A stretch of DNA of 63,993 nt, the filler included, from Vannella sp. (taxonomy: Eukaryota), in assembly GCA_023345925.1 (NCBI GenBank). It is 7 parts of 7 records of this genome, joined end to end, with 100 filler letters (N's around TTAATTAATTAA, not from the genome) between each part and the next. Parts side by side here need not be neighbours in the genome. Positions count along the whole stretch, not along the records: positions 60,033 to 63,993 come from JAJQQN010000740.1; 6 more parts are not named here. One strand, given 5' to 3'. A model generated the notes under the pieces. That model ran no database searches and was not told the DNA's origin. It saw nothing but the letters and a program-made list of their open reading frames with translations. Position numbers and translations under genes: made by a program. Positions 61,479 to 63,993 of the stretch are shown piece after piece. Positions within the stretch are counted from its first letter, which is position 1. Every line of letters starts with the position of its first letter.

Positions 61479-63962
61479 ATGGAACCATCTCGCCTGTCTC
61501 CACCTGCCCCTTTGGAGTCAAGGTCAAGCTCAGGGAACATTCGGGGGTTTGCGGTGAGTGCAGCGCATGAGATACAGCGGAAGGAGACCAAGAAGGAGAA
61601 GCCTGTGGAGGAGGACGACTGGGCAGCCGACCACCGGATGGCTCGTGTCATTGCGGTGATGCCTCGTGACGAAGAATATGAGTTCCGTGATGATGGCACG
61701 GAGTCTTGGTCTGGGGATGAACTGTTTGGGCCCACGCCAATTGGTGAGTGGAGGGCTTCGCCCTTCCTTCCTTCCCTTCTCACGCCTCTTCTACAGATGC
61801 ACTGGAACGAAAACAAACACCAATAGAAGAAGGTTTCACTCAAACTATGGACCCTAAGCCAGCAAGGACAAGCTTAAAGAGCTCGAAAGGATCCATGAAG
61901 AAGCGCAGCAGGTCGATCTCCACCAAGGCCCCTAAACCCAACAAGATGATGACGATAGCTTCCACTAGAAAGTATAAGACTGTGGGTCGTACTATCAAGC
62001 AAGGAGACAAGAGCTACGAGCTGATGTTTGACATGCTTCTCGGCATCCGCATTTCCGTCTCTGGCGTCTCTGCCAAGAAGAAGGCTGCTACCATCTCTCA
62101 TAGTGATGTCACTGAAGTTTGTAACTATGTTGTACCAAGGTATGGAGCCCTATTCATCTCTCCTTGATCTGTTGGAGTGGAAGCTAACCTGAAACGGCAG
62201 TGCTGGGACCATGTACACTCCTGCGCATCCAGGGAGAGACTTCCAGTTCAGTGACTATGCACCAAAGGTCTTCCGTGATCTGCGAGAGCACCACGGGATC
62301 GATTCTGGAGATTATCTCATCTCCCTCACAGCGGACTATGTTCTCTCCGAGATTGTTTCACCAGGGAAGAGTGGGAGCTTCTTCTACTTCTCACACGACA
62401 CCAAGTACATGCTCAAGACCATCACAGCTTCTGAAAAGCGATTCTTCAAGCGCATTCTGCGTGCTTATCACCAGGTGAGGGGTTAGATAGAGGATTACTT
62501 CCTCTGGCATTGCTCGTGCTCAACCAAGTCTTCTAGCATGTCATCAATAACCCAGATACTCTTGTTATCCGCTTCTATGGGTTCCACATGGTCCAGCCAC
62601 ACGGAGGTTCGAAAATGCACTTTGTGGTGATGGGCAACATCTTTGCACAAAGCCTCGAAATCCAAGAGCGCTACGATTTGAAAGGCTCTGTAGTAGGAAG
62701 GACGGTTGGAGAAGAGAAACTGAAGAATCTCAAGTCCACTACAATTCTGAAGGACCTCGACTTCCACAATGACTTGATTTTGGGCCCGCAAAAGCGTGAT
62801 TTACTCTTTAACCAGTTAGATATTGATTGTGAGTTCCTACAAAGGCAAGATATTATGGACTACAGTCTTCTTCTGGGTGTCCATTCCCGAACGAAAGCTC
62901 TCCACAATAACGAGGAAGTTCAAGATGATGAGACAGTGTAGGTTTAGTTCCCATTTATCAACGCTTGTTGTATTCCAATGATTGACTTTCCGCTCTAGCA
63001 ACCGGACAACTGCATTTACAAAAGATTTTGGGGGTTTCTGTGCCACTGATGAAGGGGATGAGCCCTTGCCTATCATCTATTTCTTTGGGATTATTGATAT
63101 ACTCCAGCCTTACAACTTCTCCAAGCAAGTGGAGCACAACTGGAAATCTGGTGTGTTGCGGCTCAACAAGAACGACATCTCTTCGGTATCCCCCACGGTT
63201 TACGCGGAGCGCTTCCTCAAGTTCATCAAGAACCATGTAAGCACACAGGCGGCAGAGGACGTGAAGAAAGAGTACAAGAGGGAGTGTCGGGAACAACGCA
63301 GGCGAATCCGGCAGGAGCGGCGCGACAATCGGTCGAATCGATTAAGGGAGAGGCAGGAACTCAGTTCCCGACGGAACAAAACAGATCGAAACACTTCTCT
63401 TCTGGATAGCATAACGAACGATACGGAGATTTCCGAACACGAATCCGTTCGGAGTTTAAGGAGGGTCTCCTCTCCTCTCACAGCTGCCCAGGGCTCCTCT
63501 GAAGTCTCTCAAATCAAACCTTCCATCCTCGCCCTTACAAATAGCGATGCATCCGAGGGGGAATGCACATCCCCTCTCCCAGGCAAGAGAGTCTCAATGC
63601 AGAAGACGGAGATCAAAGAGGAGCCAAAGAGAGTCTCAATGCAGAATTTGGAGATGAAAGAGGAGCCAAAGAGAGTCTCAATGCAGAAGATGGAGATCAA
63701 AGAGGAGCCAAAGAGAGTCGTCGGGTTCTCCCAAGCACCAAGTAATGGGACTGTTTCGAGATCAGAAGCAAGCCTACCAGTGTCCTCCTCTCAGAACCTG
63801 CCAATCCATGCCAGTGCTCCCAGTGTATTTGATCATTGCCAAGATGAAATGGATCAAGTTCCTGAGGAAACCCTCGACGACCCTCTCCTTGATGTCAAAA
63901 AGGCACCCAAAAGAAAAAGGACCAAAGAGAAAAGCCTCCTAAACCTCCACGCCCTCCGCTAA
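61479..63962 (+). CDS. PIP5K: Phosphatidylinositol-phosphate kinase (PIP5K family); multi-exon
   Basis: FSDYAPKVFRDLR, SPGKSGSFFYFS, YDLKGS, LKDLD, MDYSLLLG, GIIDILQ, YAERF. Confidence 0.95.
63585..63719 (+). repeat. Coding 42-bp tandem repeat, ~3.2 copies (KRVSMQKxEIKEEP)
   Basis: Unit aagagagtctcaatgcagaa...aaagaggagcca repeated three times plus a partial copy. Confidence 0.95.
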
Positions 63963-63993
63963 TCCATTCCGGACTCCAAAATGTACGATAAAC

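Overview
This window is not one locus. It is seven contigs joined by artificial 100-nt linkers (N-run + TTAATTAATTAA + N-run), so neighbourhoods across linkers are meaningless. The DNA is a gene-dense protist nuclear genome with the standard code, short (mostly ~35-90 nt) GT-AG introns and tiny intergenic spacers. Cycloartenol synthase, an Rh-type ammonium channel and Ena/VASP are compatible with an amoebozoan, but that is inference. Most genes are housekeeping: TMEM131, GFAT, NBR1-like, RhoGAP, RFWD3, USP7, PreP, Rh, MIC60, CAS1, ELP1, REX1-type exonuclease, CSE1, RAD9, PIP5K. The best candidate for an undescribed system is at 10154-13759. Manual splicing joins one-LRR-per-exon cassettes in frame to a 3.1-kb intronless exon encoding TPRs and two duplicated HEPN-like modules, which looks like a sensor-RNase immune effector. 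Other highlights are a GFAT whose catalytic Cys is preceded by a perfect PTS2 peroxisomal signal; a decayed Polinton/PLV-like element (integrase, HNH, orphan ORFs) interrupted by a complete TIR/TA-bounded pogo-type transposon; a >2,790-aa autotransporter-like beta-helix membrane protein; an ankyrin-fused Ena/VASP; and recurrent intergenic (CCCTAAA)3 telo-box motifs. All family calls come from motif recognition by eye; no searches were run.
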